Positions 47,353-57,892 of a stretch of DNA of 64,000 nucleotides are shown piece by piece. Below the pieces are notes generated by a model. It saw nothing but the letters and a program-made list of their open reading frames with translations. It made no database searches and was not told the origin of the DNA. The position numbers and the translations under genes were made by a program. Every line of letters begins with the position of its first letter. The first letter of the stretch is position 1. This DNA is from a virus, in the IMG/VR virus record IMGVR_UViG_3300008262_003578. One strand, given 5' to 3'.

Positions 47353-47928
47353 ATGGCAAATAAAAAAATATCGTATACAACTAGAGATTTCCAATCAATT
47401 AGGACTGAGTTAGTTAATTTCACTAAAATTTATTATCCTGATTTAGTTGAAAATTTTAATGACGCTTCGGTATTCTCAGTATTACTTGATTTAAATGCGG
47501 CTGTTACTGACAACCTACAATTTAATATTGACAGAAGTATTCAGGAGACGGTATTACAATACGCACAACAACCATCATCAATCTTTAATATTGCAAGAAC
47601 TTATGGTTTAAAAATACCAGGTCAAAGACCTTCTGTTGCATTAGTTGATTTCTCAATTACGGTACCAGCATTAGGTGATAAAGAAGATTTAAGATATTGT
47701 GGTATATTAAGAAGAGGGTCACAAGTTAATGGTGCGGGGCAGTCATTTGAAACTGTATATGATATTGATTTTGCGTCACCTACTAATTCCGAAGGTTATC
47801 CTAATAGATTAAAGATACCTAATTTTAATTCAGATAACAAGTTAGAAAATTACACTATTGTTAAACGAGAAACCGTTGTTAATGGGTATTACAAGTGTTC
47901 TATTAAAAGACGGAACTCAATATACTAA
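47353..47928 (+). pseudogene. Baseplate wedge gp6/J-like protein, N-terminal fragment (frameshift near 47884)
   Basis: RDFQSIRTEL, DF/ENFNDASV...LLDLNAAV...LQFNIDR, ARTYG are gp6-type N-terminal motifs; the sequence after VVNG is out of frame. Confidence 0.75.
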
Positions 47929-49105
47929 TGTACCAACACCACAAGAATTTTTAGGGTTAGATAATAGATGGTATGAGGTTAGTGCATTAGCTGAAGATAG
48001 AGTTTTTGTTGAAGACCCCACTAAAGTATCTGATAAACCTGGTATAAAGGTTGGTAAATACATACAAACAAGTACTAAATTTATTACAGAATATACACCT
48101 GAAGGTTTCTTAAAAATGACATTTGGTGGAGGTAGTCAATCGGCGGATGAACAATTAAGAGAATTTGCTAGAAATGGATTTAAATTAGACTTATATAAGT
48201 ATTCTAATAATTTAGCGTTAGGAAGTACTTTAAAAGGTAACTCAACTTTGTTTATACAATATAGAGTTGGTGGTGGAACTGGTAGTAATTTAGGTGTTAA
48301 TGTTATTACTCAAATTGGAACTGTTTCTTTCTTTGTAAATGGACCTTCACAATCATTTAATACTACGGTAGTTAATTCACTAAGTTGTACTAATGTTACT
48401 GCTGCAATTGGAGGCGCTAATTTCCCAACAATGGAGGAGGTTAGAAATTTGGTCGGATTTAACTTTTCATCTCAAAAAAGAGCCGTAACGGTTAACGATT
48501 ATGATTCATTAATTAGAACAATGCCTTCACAGTTTGGGGCACCTGCTAAAGTTGCCATCACAGAAGAAAATAATAAAATAAAAATACAAATGTTGGCGTA
48601 TGATGAGTCAGGTAGTCTGACTGAAATCCTATCAAATACGTTAAAAAATAATGTTGCCAATTACCTTTCAAATTATAGAATGATTAATGACTATATTTCT
48701 GTTGAATCTGCTAATGTTATTGATTTAGCTTTAAACATTGATGTGGTGTTGGATAACAGTCAGACTCAGGGAGCCGTTATTTCACAAATAATTAATTTAG
48801 TTTCTGATTATTTTGACCCAATTAATTTACAAATGGGTCAAAATGTTAATATATCTGAAATTAGAAAAGAGATTCAAAATCAAAATGGGGTTATTAGTGT
48901 ATCTGACATTAAAGTCTTTAATAAGGTTGGTGGACAATATTCATCATCCCAAACATCCCAAAGATATATTGATAGCACAACTAAAGAGATTGAATTAATT
49001 GATGACACAATATTTGCGGAACCCAATCAAACTTACCAAATCAGGTACGCAAATAAAGACATTAATGTTAGAGTTAAAAATCTATCTACCGTTAATTTCA
49101 GTTGA
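47858..49105 (+). CDS. Baseplate wedge gp6/J-like protein, C-terminal portion
   Basis: YRVGGG..SN, AAIGGA...EEVR, QKRAVTVNDY, L..YLSNY are gp6/BaseplateJ motifs; the genuine sequence appears to begin at GITSVLL (47885). Confidence 0.82.
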   Translation: MLNEKPLLMGITSVLLKDGTQYTNVPTPQEFLGLDNRWYEVSALAEDRVFVEDPTKVSDKPGIKVGKYIQTSTKFITEYTPEGFLKMTFGGGSQSADEQLREFARNGFKLDLYKYSNNLALGSTLKGNSTLFIQYRVGGGTGSNLGVNVITQIGTVSFFVNGPSQSFNTTVVNSLSCTNVTAAIGGANFPTMEEVRNLVGFNFSSQKRAVTVNDYDSLIRTMPSQFGAPAKVAITEENNKIKIQMLAYDESGSLTEILSNTLKNNVANYLSNYRMINDYISVESANVIDLALNIDVVLDNSQTQGAVISQIINLVSDYFDPINLQMGQNVNISEIRKEIQNQNGVISVSDIKVFNKVGGQYSSSQTSQRYIDSTTKEIELIDDTIFAEPNQTYQIRYANKDINVRVKNLSTVNFS

Positions 49106-49175
49106 TAATTTATTTTTATTCATAATCATCTATTTTTAAAAATAGTATATAAACTATTTATGTTAAAAGATTATT

Positions 49176-52100
49176 ATGTCAAATTCTTATAGGATAAGAA
49201 CAACACCTGGGGTAGATAAATCAATTAAAGTATTAATAGACCAAGAATTTGAGTATCTTGAGATATTATCTCTTAAAATATTAAAAGACCAAATCTACAC
49301 AAGACAGTGCTCAGATTATGGTGTGGTTATTGGTCGTATTAGCGTTAATAATGGTCTTGGAATTCCTAATGCGAAGTTATCTGTTTTTATTCCTTTAAGC
49401 GAAGAGGATTCAACAAATCCAATAATATCAGAAATTTACCCATATAAAACTGTTACAGACCAAAATGAAGATGGGTATAGATATAATTTATTACCATATA
49501 TACCATCATATAACGGACACGTACCTACAGGAACATTTTTTGAAAGGGATGATGTTATTTTAGACCAAACATTAATTGAAGTTTATGACAAATATTATAA
49601 GTACACCACAACAACTAATGATAGTGGTGACTTTATGATATTCGGTGTTCCCACTGGTGAACAAACTATTTTTGTTGATATTGATTTGTCCGATATTGGT
49701 GAGTTTTCTCTATCACCAAAAGATTTAATAGACATGGGGGTTACTACTGAGGCAATGGTTGATGGATTTAATTTTAAAGCGTCAACCAATTTAAATTCAC
49801 TACCTCAGATAGTTTCATTTTCACGAAACATTCAAGTAGAGCCATTATGGGGGGAGCCTGAAATATGTAATATAGGTATAACTAGAACTGATTTTGATAT
49901 AACTAGGGAAACTAATGTACAAATAACACCATCGGCTATTTTTATGGGTTCAGTAATTTCTGATGTTGATATGTCCGCAATTAAAACGGGGTGCAAAGTT
50001 AATAAAAAAATGGGGAATCAATGTTCTCTAATAACAGGTCCTGGTCAAATTAAAAGTATCAGACAAACGATTAATGTTGATAATCAGGGTAGACCTTTAT
50101 TAGAGGAATTTGAATTAGAAAATGGTGGTCAAGTTATAGACGAAAATGGTGCTTGGGTTGTGAACGTACCAATGAATCTTAATTATGTTACAACAAATGA
50201 ATTTGGTGAACAAGTATTATCTGACGATGTGAATGTAGGTGTACCTACTAAAGGAAAATATAGATTTAAAGTTAAATATAATCAGCCACCATCCTTAGAC
50301 GTTTCAATAAAAAGAGGGTATTTTTTAGTACCTAATATACGAGAATACGGGTGGACAAGTTATATTACAACACCAAACGCCTCGGATGTCCAAAGGTCAT
50401 ACGCATTTACCACAAATTGGGATGATTACGGAGATAATATGACAGCATTTGGTCAACAAATGATTAATGATGCGATTAATTGTGAGGATAAGTTTTATGA
50501 GATGAGGTATAATAAAGTATATACCGTATCAAGTCATATAACTGAATATAGAAAAGGTAAATCTAAAAAACGATTTATAGCTATTAAACAAATAACTGAC
50601 GATAAATGTGATTCGGAGGTAGTTAGATTTCCAACCAATGACGCTCAATATGACCCTAATGCTAATTTTACATTATACTCAATTATGATGGGGTTTTTAT
50701 TACCATTTATGTTGATTATGTTAATTGTAATGCATGTTTTAGCGTTTATTGCTTGTTTTGTACTAGCTATTATTGCAACAGTTTTTGTTGTTATTGGTGG
50801 TATTATCTATCTAATTGGGTTGGCTATTGGTTTAATACCAGGTGCTGGTGATTTTGCTGATAAAATAAAGAATGCTGGAAATGCTTTGATTGAAGCGGGT
50901 AATTCCTTGGGTGATTTATGTTATTCATTTAAAATGAGATTTTGTCTTTTAACTTATCCTGATTGTGAACGTTGTGATAAAAATCCTGACGTTAGTTCAG
51001 AGCCATCAACACCACCCTCAAATCCTACGGTAGATTCTCTTAATGAGACTAATGCTGGTTTAGGTAGTGCAGGTGTTCTTAGTAGTTTTTATGATGCGGG
51101 TCAATATAATTGTAATTCTCCTTATGAAAATAAAACTGGCCAAATTTTGGCAGGACTTTCAGATACCTCAATTACAAATAAATCACAAGGGTTAATTAAT
51201 TTAGTTACTATACCACCATCATACTTATTTAGTTCAAGTTTAACTTTGGCGAATAGAATGAATTTATTTAATACTAAGGGTAAATATTTTGACCCAACGA
51301 TATCACCAGGTGGAGGGGTTAATCAAATTAAAGTAACCTTTGATACTAATATCAATAACCCCAACACTACTTGGCATTTAGATAATGTGGTTTGTTTAGT
51401 TGTAGATGATAAAAACATCAGCAAGTTCCAAGTAGGAAAAGTATTAACATTTAATAACCCTACAATATCTAATGACCCAAATTTAACGGGTTCAACTTTA
51501 AATATTTATAGTAATAATGCGATAACAGGAACAACGATAGGTACCCCTACAGCATTTTCAAATATTAATCAATATAATAGAGTTGTTGAATACGCATCAC
51601 CCTCAAACACTGGTAATTTATCGGTAACCTATACATTAACCGCATTTACTGAAGATGTGTTATATGCTAAATATCCTATGGATATTGAGTATTTCCAAGT
51701 TTTACAAATAAAAAAAGTATCCAACTTTATTACGGATTCTACCAATTTATTACCTGATTCATTACCTGAACGTTTTATTAAGAACCCTGCGTATTATTTA
51801 ACAATTGATGATGATAATTGTATGATTCCCGATACTTTGTCACCTGTATCTTGTTATTCGGGGTATAATGAACAAAATATTATATTTTTAGTTAGAGGAG
51901 TTGACCCAAATACAACTAAAACAAAATGTAGATATGATTTAAGTAAACTTTATGGTTATTCGTCATTTGGAAATGCGAGTTCTATTGTTGAGGGTGACTT
52001 CTATCTTAATATACCAATACAAGGTAAATTAAGGAATGTTAAACACGATTCACCGTTGATTATATCTAATAGTTATGCAACCGACGCATACTCAGGACAA

Positions 52101-54071
52101 AAATTATTTTATGACTCTTACCAATTTTTACCTGGAGGACAGTTCAGTGCATTTACAAGTACGATGACTAAGTATTATTCAAACCTTGATGAAGCGTCTC
52201 AACCATTAACACCAACAAACTCAACATTAATTTCACCTAATAATGGGTTAAGTGTTAATCCATTAAATGAAATGACTAAAGAATGGAATAACTCAACAAT
52301 ACTTGGACCATCTTGTACAGGGTTTACACCGACATTTAACTCATCAGTTGTTCAGAACAGAGGATACCTAATTAATGAACAAGTTGAGGGTGGCTCACTA
52401 CTTTATTTAGACGCTACAATCCCATTAATACCTGTGGCAAACCCAACATCAACCTCACAAGTATACTCAACAATATACCCAACAACATTAACAACTAGTT
52501 TTACATTAGGACCATCTGGTAGACAGATGGTTATGAGGTCTGACAGATTACCCTCTTCTACAACAACTCAAAGTAATTTAACAAATCAATATGTTCTTTT
52601 TGAAAATGGTAGTTTGGTTGTTTATGGTTTTGATTCTGGTGGTGTGTTAACCACTTTTGATATTACTAATTCACTATATACTGATGGTGGTGGTCAAGAT
52701 TTATCTGATGATGGGTGGGGTAATATTGTTGGTAATGATATTTTAGGTTCTTTTGAATGTGAAAATATGGTTCCTTTAGGTTGTTATAGTGAGAGTGATG
52801 GTCAAATAACCATAGCACCTCCTGGTGATAATTGTTATACCACATTAGGGCAACCAACTATGGAAGATGGTTGTTATGTTTTCCTTAGAACACCTTTGTT
52901 TTCATTACCTATAGATTTATTTTATATGGTTGAATGGTTTGCTAGAAATACAACTATGTATGGTGTATGTCAAAACGTATTTGGTCATGTATTCACAAAC
53001 AATTGGGTGAATGGTGTTTTATATCACTTCCCGTTTAAAAATAATACATTTTTTGATAATAATAATGACCCATACGCTGTTTATTGTACTGATGTAATAT
53101 ACTTAGACCAAACTAATAATAATTTCTTTTATAGAAGTGCACCATACACTTACACTAATAAGTTTATAGGTAGAGAGGCACCTGACTATAATGAATACAA
53201 AGGTAACGTTGTTAATATGATGTTCCCTACCACAATTATGGATTTAGGACCTAAACAAAAATATTTACAAGAAGTATCAATTACAAATGAGTATGACGGT
53301 TATATTTTAAATAGATTATCACCCACAACATTTAATGATATTAGCGATTTATTAACTTTGTTAGTTGTAGCTAGATTAGTTAATACACTTAATTTTGGTG
53401 GTGTATTGTCTTATTTTAAAAGGGATAATGATTTTGTTGACGGTGATTATGCTCAATTAATAGCCACTAACTCTCAGTTTGGGGTGTATCCGTTTGAACA
53501 AGGGTATTATGGTGGTAATGATATTTATTCATATTCTCAAATTTTTGGAGTTAATAATGTTATTGGTGTGTTCTTTAAATCTAATTTGCAGGCTAGAGAT
53601 TATATCACACCTAAAAGAAATATTTATTCGGGTATAGGTCCTTTTAGTACAATAAATTGTGCTCTTGAAGACATTCCTGTTTTTAGTCAAAGAGTACCAT
53701 TCTACATGTGGTCTATTGCGAATAAACCAACAATATTTGGAGGACAAATAAATAATTGGGATACCAATTTAAATTTTTCAACTGAATTATTTTCTCACAG
53801 ATATCAAGACTTAGATAGATTATTACAATCGTCTAGATATTTTAGACCTAATAATTTTAACCAAACTGATTATTTTAAAGGATATATATATGCGGTGAAT
53901 TCTTCAGGTAACATTGACGCTGATGTCTCTTATTGGTACAAACCAACGGCACCTCAACAATCAATTTTAATGGGAGCTCCTTTTTATTTTTATTTTGGTT
54001 TAAGACAAGGTAGAACGGCCTTTGATAAATTTGCAGAATCTTGGGTAGATTTTGATGATATAACATATTAA
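49176..54071 (+). CDS. Large virion structural protein (1631 aa) with an internal hydrophobic hairpin
   Basis: N-terminal carboxypeptidase-regulatory-like beta domain (GVVIGRISVNNGLGIPNAKLSVF; TTTNDSGDFMIFGVPTGEQ); about 60 hydrophobic residues near 50664-50846; in the baseplate operon. Confidence 0.6.
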   Translation: MSNSYRIRTTPGVDKSIKVLIDQEFEYLEILSLKILKDQIYTRQCSDYGVVIGRISVNNGLGIPNAKLSVFIPLSEEDSTNPIISEIYPYKTVTDQNEDGYRYNLLPYIPSYNGHVPTGTFFERDDVILDQTLIEVYDKYYKYTTTTNDSGDFMIFGVPTGEQTIFVDIDLSDIGEFSLSPKDLIDMGVTTEAMVDGFNFKASTNLNSLPQIVSFSRNIQVEPLWGEPEICNIGITRTDFDITRETNVQITPSAIFMGSVISDVDMSAIKTGCKVNKKMGNQCSLITGPGQIKSIRQTINVDNQGRPLLEEFELENGGQVIDENGAWVVNVPMNLNYVTTNEFGEQVLSDDVNVGVPTKGKYRFKVKYNQPPSLDVSIKRGYFLVPNIREYGWTSYITTPNASDVQRSYAFTTNWDDYGDNMTAFGQQMINDAINCEDKFYEMRYNKVYTVSSHITEYRKGKSKKRFIAIKQITDDKCDSEVVRFPTNDAQYDPNANFTLYSIMMGFLLPFMLIMLIVMHVLAFIACFVLAIIATVFVVIGGIIYLIGLAIGLIPGAGDFADKIKNAGNALIEAGNSLGDLCYSFKMRFCLLTYPDCERCDKNPDVSSEPSTPPSNPTVDSLNETNAGLGSAGVLSSFYDAGQYNCNSPYENKTGQILAGLSDTSITNKSQGLINLVTIPPSYLFSSSLTLANRMNLFNTKGKYFDPTISPGGGVNQIKVTFDTNINNPNTTWHLDNVVCLVVDDKNISKFQVGKVLTFNNPTISNDPNLTGSTLNIYSNNAITGTTIGTPTAFSNINQYNRVVEYASPSNTGNLSVTYTLTAFTEDVLYAKYPMDIEYFQVLQIKKVSNFITDSTNLLPDSLPERFIKNPAYYLTIDDDNCMIPDTLSPVSCYSGYNEQNIIFLVRGVDPNTTKTKCRYDLSKLYGYSSFGNASSIVEGDFYLNIPIQGKLRNVKHDSPLIISNSYATDAYSGQKLFYDSYQFLPGGQFSAFTSTMTKYYSNLDEASQPLTPTNSTLISPNNGLSVNPLNEMTKEWNNSTILGPSCTGFTPTFNSSVVQNRGYLINEQVEGGSLLYLDATIPLIPVANPTSTSQVYSTIYPTTLTTSFTLGPSGRQMVMRSDRLPSSTTTQSNLTNQYVLFENGSLVVYGFDSGGVLTTFDITNSLYTDGGGQDLSDDGWGNIVGNDILGSFECENMVPLGCYSESDGQITIAPPGDNCYTTLGQPTMEDGCYVFLRTPLFSLPIDLFYMVEWFARNTTMYGVCQNVFGHVFTNNWVNGVLYHFPFKNNTFFDNNNDPYAVYCTDVIYLDQTNNNFFYRSAPYTYTNKFIGREAPDYNEYKGNVVNMMFPTTIMDLGPKQKYLQEVSITNEYDGYILNRLSPTTFNDISDLLTLLVVARLVNTLNFGGVLSYFKRDNDFVDGDYAQLIATNSQFGVYPFEQGYYGGNDIYSYSQIFGVNNVIGVFFKSNLQARDYITPKRNIYSGIGPFSTINCALEDIPVFSQRVPFYMWSIANKPTIFGGQINNWDTNLNFSTELFSHRYQDLDRLLQSSRYFRPNNFNQTDYFKGYIYAVNSSGNIDADVSYWYKPTAPQQSILMGAPFYFYFGLRQGRTAFDKFAESWVDFDDITY

Positions 54072-55882
54072 TGAGTAGTAGAATAGAAGATAGAGTAGTA
54101 TTGGGGTCTTTAAGGTACAAGTCAGCACCTAATAGCAACTTATTATTTCAAGTACCGTTAGTACAGACGGTTAAAGAAAATATTGAATTTGATAGAACTA
54201 TCAATTTTGATTTACAACAGTTATATGATGACGAAAGACAAAGGTCAACAATATTCAGACCTATCGCTAAATTATCATTATTGTTTGATAACAAATATTC
54301 TGGTGTTACATCATATTATCCATATAAATCATCATTGTATTATGAAAATGTACAATCATTAGTTACGAATATTTGTACATTAAGCTCAATAAGTCTTTAT
54401 TCGGGATATCCTCAATATTATGAATTTGATTTTATGAGGATTGATAATGATATCTCAGGTTATACTTCTCCTGATGTTACCAATAACATACATAAATTTT
54501 TTATTAATAAAAGTGCTGACACATATAATTGGTCCATTAACATGAGTTATGCGTATGATAACATTAAAAATAAACAAATGTCCGCATTTGATAAAGATTC
54601 TAACACTACTTTAAATTGGGTGGCATCTGATGGAATACCATTTGTTGTTTATAGAACCATGGACCAAAATCAGACAGTTATTTCATTTAGGTGCCCTATA
54701 ACTCACGGACTTTCAGTTGGGGAATATGTTAAATTAAGTATTGATTATTTAGGTCAAGATACGTTCCAAGTATATTCGTTAGGTGACCCATACTATGGGA
54801 CTGATGAATATATTTTTAATATTTATGATATTGGATTTACAGGTACCACATTTGTAAGTGGTGTGACGGGTACTTTTAAAAGAATAATTGATATTAATAA
54901 TAGTGGTGATACTATTTCGGAATATTATGTTAGAAGACATAAAATTTTAACTGAAAGTGATGATTTAGTATTAGGTAAATCAGGATTTGAGCAACAGATA
55001 TTTAAACAACAAAAAAAGAATGAAAGGGCAACCTATACACCAAATAAACAAAGTAGAATATCATTAAAAAATGGTAATACTGTGTATACGGCCTCATTTA
55101 ATGAAGACATTGACATTTCATCATTAAGAGATAATCAAAATAGACCCTTAAGTGAATTATTTTACACTATAGTGTGGAAAGGTTATATGGGTTGGACTTT
55201 TGGTTTGTTAAGACCTGGTGGTGGTTATTATGGATTAAAACAAGGATGGGAATTTAATATACAACCATTAAGTACCAACCCTAACGCACCTAATAATTGG
55301 TGGGCTAATTCTAACACGAATTCAGATGCGGGATTTTCGGTTTTAAATTATACAACTACATTAGGAATACCTGGAAAACCATTTACATATATAAGACCAG
55401 TACAAAAGGGAGATATAGTTTTAGGAGATTACTGTGAGTGGAATAACTCGGAACAAACTGAAAGAGTTATTTCTGATTTATATCATAAATTTAGGTTTAA
55501 TCCTTATTATTTTAATATTGGACTAACTCCTGACTCAAACCCATTTGGTGATAATTGTCGTGGTTACTATTATAAGCCACACTATCCTTTAAAAATAAGG
55601 GCGTTCTCTAATTATCTTGAAGAAGCTGATAGCCAAAATGTTGTAGGTATACCTGATTATGCTTATTACTCTACGACAGTTAACCAATTTATTTGGAGGG
55701 ATTTATACCCATATGGGTTTATTGACACTGAAAATGTTGGGGTTAATTATCCATATTTAAATAACGCCCACTACCCATATAGAGATATTATTTTCAGATT
55801 AATTAGTGAAGGGGATACTTATGATTATGGGATAACAAATAATACCGTAGTTGCGGAACCAACTGTTGACGATTGTGAATAA
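54071..55882 (+). CDS. Putative virion structural protein (603 aa)
   Basis: TAATG-coupled; DDERQRSTIFRP; aromatic/Asn-rich, terminal FIWRDLYPYGF. Confidence 0.6.
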   Translation: MSSRIEDRVVLGSLRYKSAPNSNLLFQVPLVQTVKENIEFDRTINFDLQQLYDDERQRSTIFRPIAKLSLLFDNKYSGVTSYYPYKSSLYYENVQSLVTNICTLSSISLYSGYPQYYEFDFMRIDNDISGYTSPDVTNNIHKFFINKSADTYNWSINMSYAYDNIKNKQMSAFDKDSNTTLNWVASDGIPFVVYRTMDQNQTVISFRCPITHGLSVGEYVKLSIDYLGQDTFQVYSLGDPYYGTDEYIFNIYDIGFTGTTFVSGVTGTFKRIIDINNSGDTISEYYVRRHKILTESDDLVLGKSGFEQQIFKQQKKNERATYTPNKQSRISLKNGNTVYTASFNEDIDISSLRDNQNRPLSELFYTIVWKGYMGWTFGLLRPGGGYYGLKQGWEFNIQPLSTNPNAPNNWWANSNTNSDAGFSVLNYTTTLGIPGKPFTYIRPVQKGDIVLGDYCEWNNSEQTERVISDLYHKFRFNPYYFNIGLTPDSNPFGDNCRGYYYKPHYPLKIRAFSNYLEEADSQNVVGIPDYAYYSTTVNQFIWRDLYPYGFIDTENVGVNYPYLNNAHYPYRDIIFRLISEGDTYDYGITNNTVVAEPTVDDCE

Positions 55883-56690
55883 TAAATATAAATTTACTGT
55901 ACCAGGGACTAATCAAAGTATATCTATTCCCATAGAAATCCAATGGGATTTTTTAGGGAGAGACGATAGTATTGATGTATATCAAGAAGATGTATTAAGA
56001 GTTATTGCGGGTTTACCTGAAGACTTTGAGGTTTTAAGGTTTGCTCATGACTCTTATACTAATAAAGAAATAACTTTGATAGATTATGAGTTTTATTTTT
56101 ATTCTGGAGTCCCATCAAACGTTACCGCATCAACAATAACTGATTGGGGAAATAGTTATATATCTGAAGGATTTACAGGTCAAGAGTTATATTACAAAGC
56201 AAAACCTTTTATTAAATCATTCTTCAAATTAGATTTTTATGATACGACCGATAGTGTAAAACAAGTTAATTGCTTCACAATAATTTTACCTGCTTATAAT
56301 GGTATTTTTGAAAAAATAAATATATCACCAACACTAACAAATGTTAATGTTGATAAACCTAAATTCTTATTAGATTATATACCATCACCAAGTAAACCGT
56401 CAAAAAAAGAAGGGTTTTTTATTTATTGGTTAAAATCAAAAACATTTGTGGATTTAGATACTTTTTATATGAGTGTTAAATTTTTTGATGCTAAGCAAGG
56501 TGTTTATGTAAGAATGATGACAGTTCCACAATCTTCACTACCTAATAAATTTGTATTTAATAATGATGATTATTTCTATAATAAAGTAGTCCTAAATTAT
56601 AATACTAAAACGTATATGATTTATGATTATTTAGGAACTAGAGTGGGTGTTGGTAACCCAATAAAATGGTATGAATATGTTAACCCATAA
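55875..56690 (+). CDS. Putative virion structural protein
   Basis: Likely GTG start at 55875 (MNNKYKF), overlapping the upstream stop; FIKSFFKLDFYDT motif. Confidence 0.6.
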   Translation: MNNKYKFTVPGTNQSISIPIEIQWDFLGRDDSIDVYQEDVLRVIAGLPEDFEVLRFAHDSYTNKEITLIDYEFYFYSGVPSNVTASTITDWGNSYISEGFTGQELYYKAKPFIKSFFKLDFYDTTDSVKQVNCFTIILPAYNGIFEKINISPTLTNVNVDKPKFLLDYIPSPSKPSKKEGFFIYWLKSKTFVDLDTFYMSVKFFDAKQGVYVRMMTVPQSSLPNKFVFNNDDYFYNKVVLNYNTKTYMIYDYLGTRVGVGNPIKWYEYVNP

Positions 56691-57862
56691 TGGATGATAG
56701 AATATATAATATAAGAATATCCCCTGAAGTAATTAATGGAGATATATTCTTAGTTAATTTTACTGGTGACTCTTATAATGAAGAATTTGATATTGAGATT
56801 TGTTGTGACATTTTCACAAGTGCTGTAACTAAGTATTACACAGGTCAAACCTATGTGTATTCGTCAATGACTGAAATACTTTCAGGAGGTACAAATGGAA
56901 CTTCATTATTAACAGGGTTAACCATCCCAATATTTTTATCTGAAACTTGTATAGATATTGGGTATTATTCAACGTTTGATGGAGCTGTTTTACAGAAAGA
57001 TGTAATGACTAATTTTTTATTTTCATCAACAACTCTAAATCCATATGAGTATTATTTTTATAATACATCTGATATTAACTCATTAAATTACTTACAGTTT
57101 TCCGATTATAAAGTAGATTGGGGTGATGGAACACCAGCTCAAACGGTTAGTTTTACTGCACCATTTTTCCAATCACATACGTATGTCCAAAGTGGAGATT
57201 ATACTATATCTATGTCAGGTATGAGTCCTTGGGGATATAACATTGTGAAAAAAGATATTACAGTACCTTATACAAATGTAACAATCACAAATCCAAACGG
57301 GACTGCTTATTTTGTTCCTGCAGGTGGAAATTGGTCCGCAACTCCAATTATGTATGATTATATTTTTAGTGGTGATTCTAATTGTGACTTAGACGTTTAT
57401 AATTTTTCGGCAACACCAATAACAGTTACAGGTTACACAACATCAAATGTTAATGGGTTACAAGTTTATGGACCCAAATATAATTTATTTGGGGGTAATT
57501 TTAAATTAGGGGTCCAAGTAACGGGAACATCTGGAAATATTGGGACATATTGGGGACCTGACCCATCAAATACTTACACCGCCTATACAATTAATGACAT
57601 TGACTATTATGATTATAACGATGGAACTACAATATTCATTGTTCAAACATCGGGAATAACATCAGATATGTTAGTTTGTTCAGCATTAACAAAAAATGAA
57701 GTATTATTAAACGTTATTGATGAAGCAGAAGTACAAACTGATGTATTTATTGATAGAGGAAAAGTAAGTGCTTACGAAAGAGTACAAAGATTAAATGAAG
57801 TTGATAATATTGGTGAACTTACTAATTACGGATATAAGTTCTTCAATATTGTAAAATATTAA
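56690..57862 (+). CDS. PKD-domain virion protein
   Basis: YKVDWGDGT...SHTYVQSGDYTISM is a PKD signature; C-terminal EVQTDVFIDRG...ERVQRL.EVDNIGEL..YG. Confidence 0.7.
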   Translation: MDDRIYNIRISPEVINGDIFLVNFTGDSYNEEFDIEICCDIFTSAVTKYYTGQTYVYSSMTEILSGGTNGTSLLTGLTIPIFLSETCIDIGYYSTFDGAVLQKDVMTNFLFSSTTLNPYEYYFYNTSDINSLNYLQFSDYKVDWGDGTPAQTVSFTAPFFQSHTYVQSGDYTISMSGMSPWGYNIVKKDITVPYTNVTITNPNGTAYFVPAGGNWSATPIMYDYIFSGDSNCDLDVYNFSATPITVTGYTTSNVNGLQVYGPKYNLFGGNFKLGVQVTGTSGNIGTYWGPDPSNTYTAYTINDIDYYDYNDGTTIFIVQTSGITSDMLVCSALTKNEVLLNVIDEAEVQTDVFIDRGKVSAYERVQRLNEVDNIGELTNYGYKFFNIVKY

Positions 57863-57892
57863 ATAAAAATAATAAATTAATAACTAAATAAA

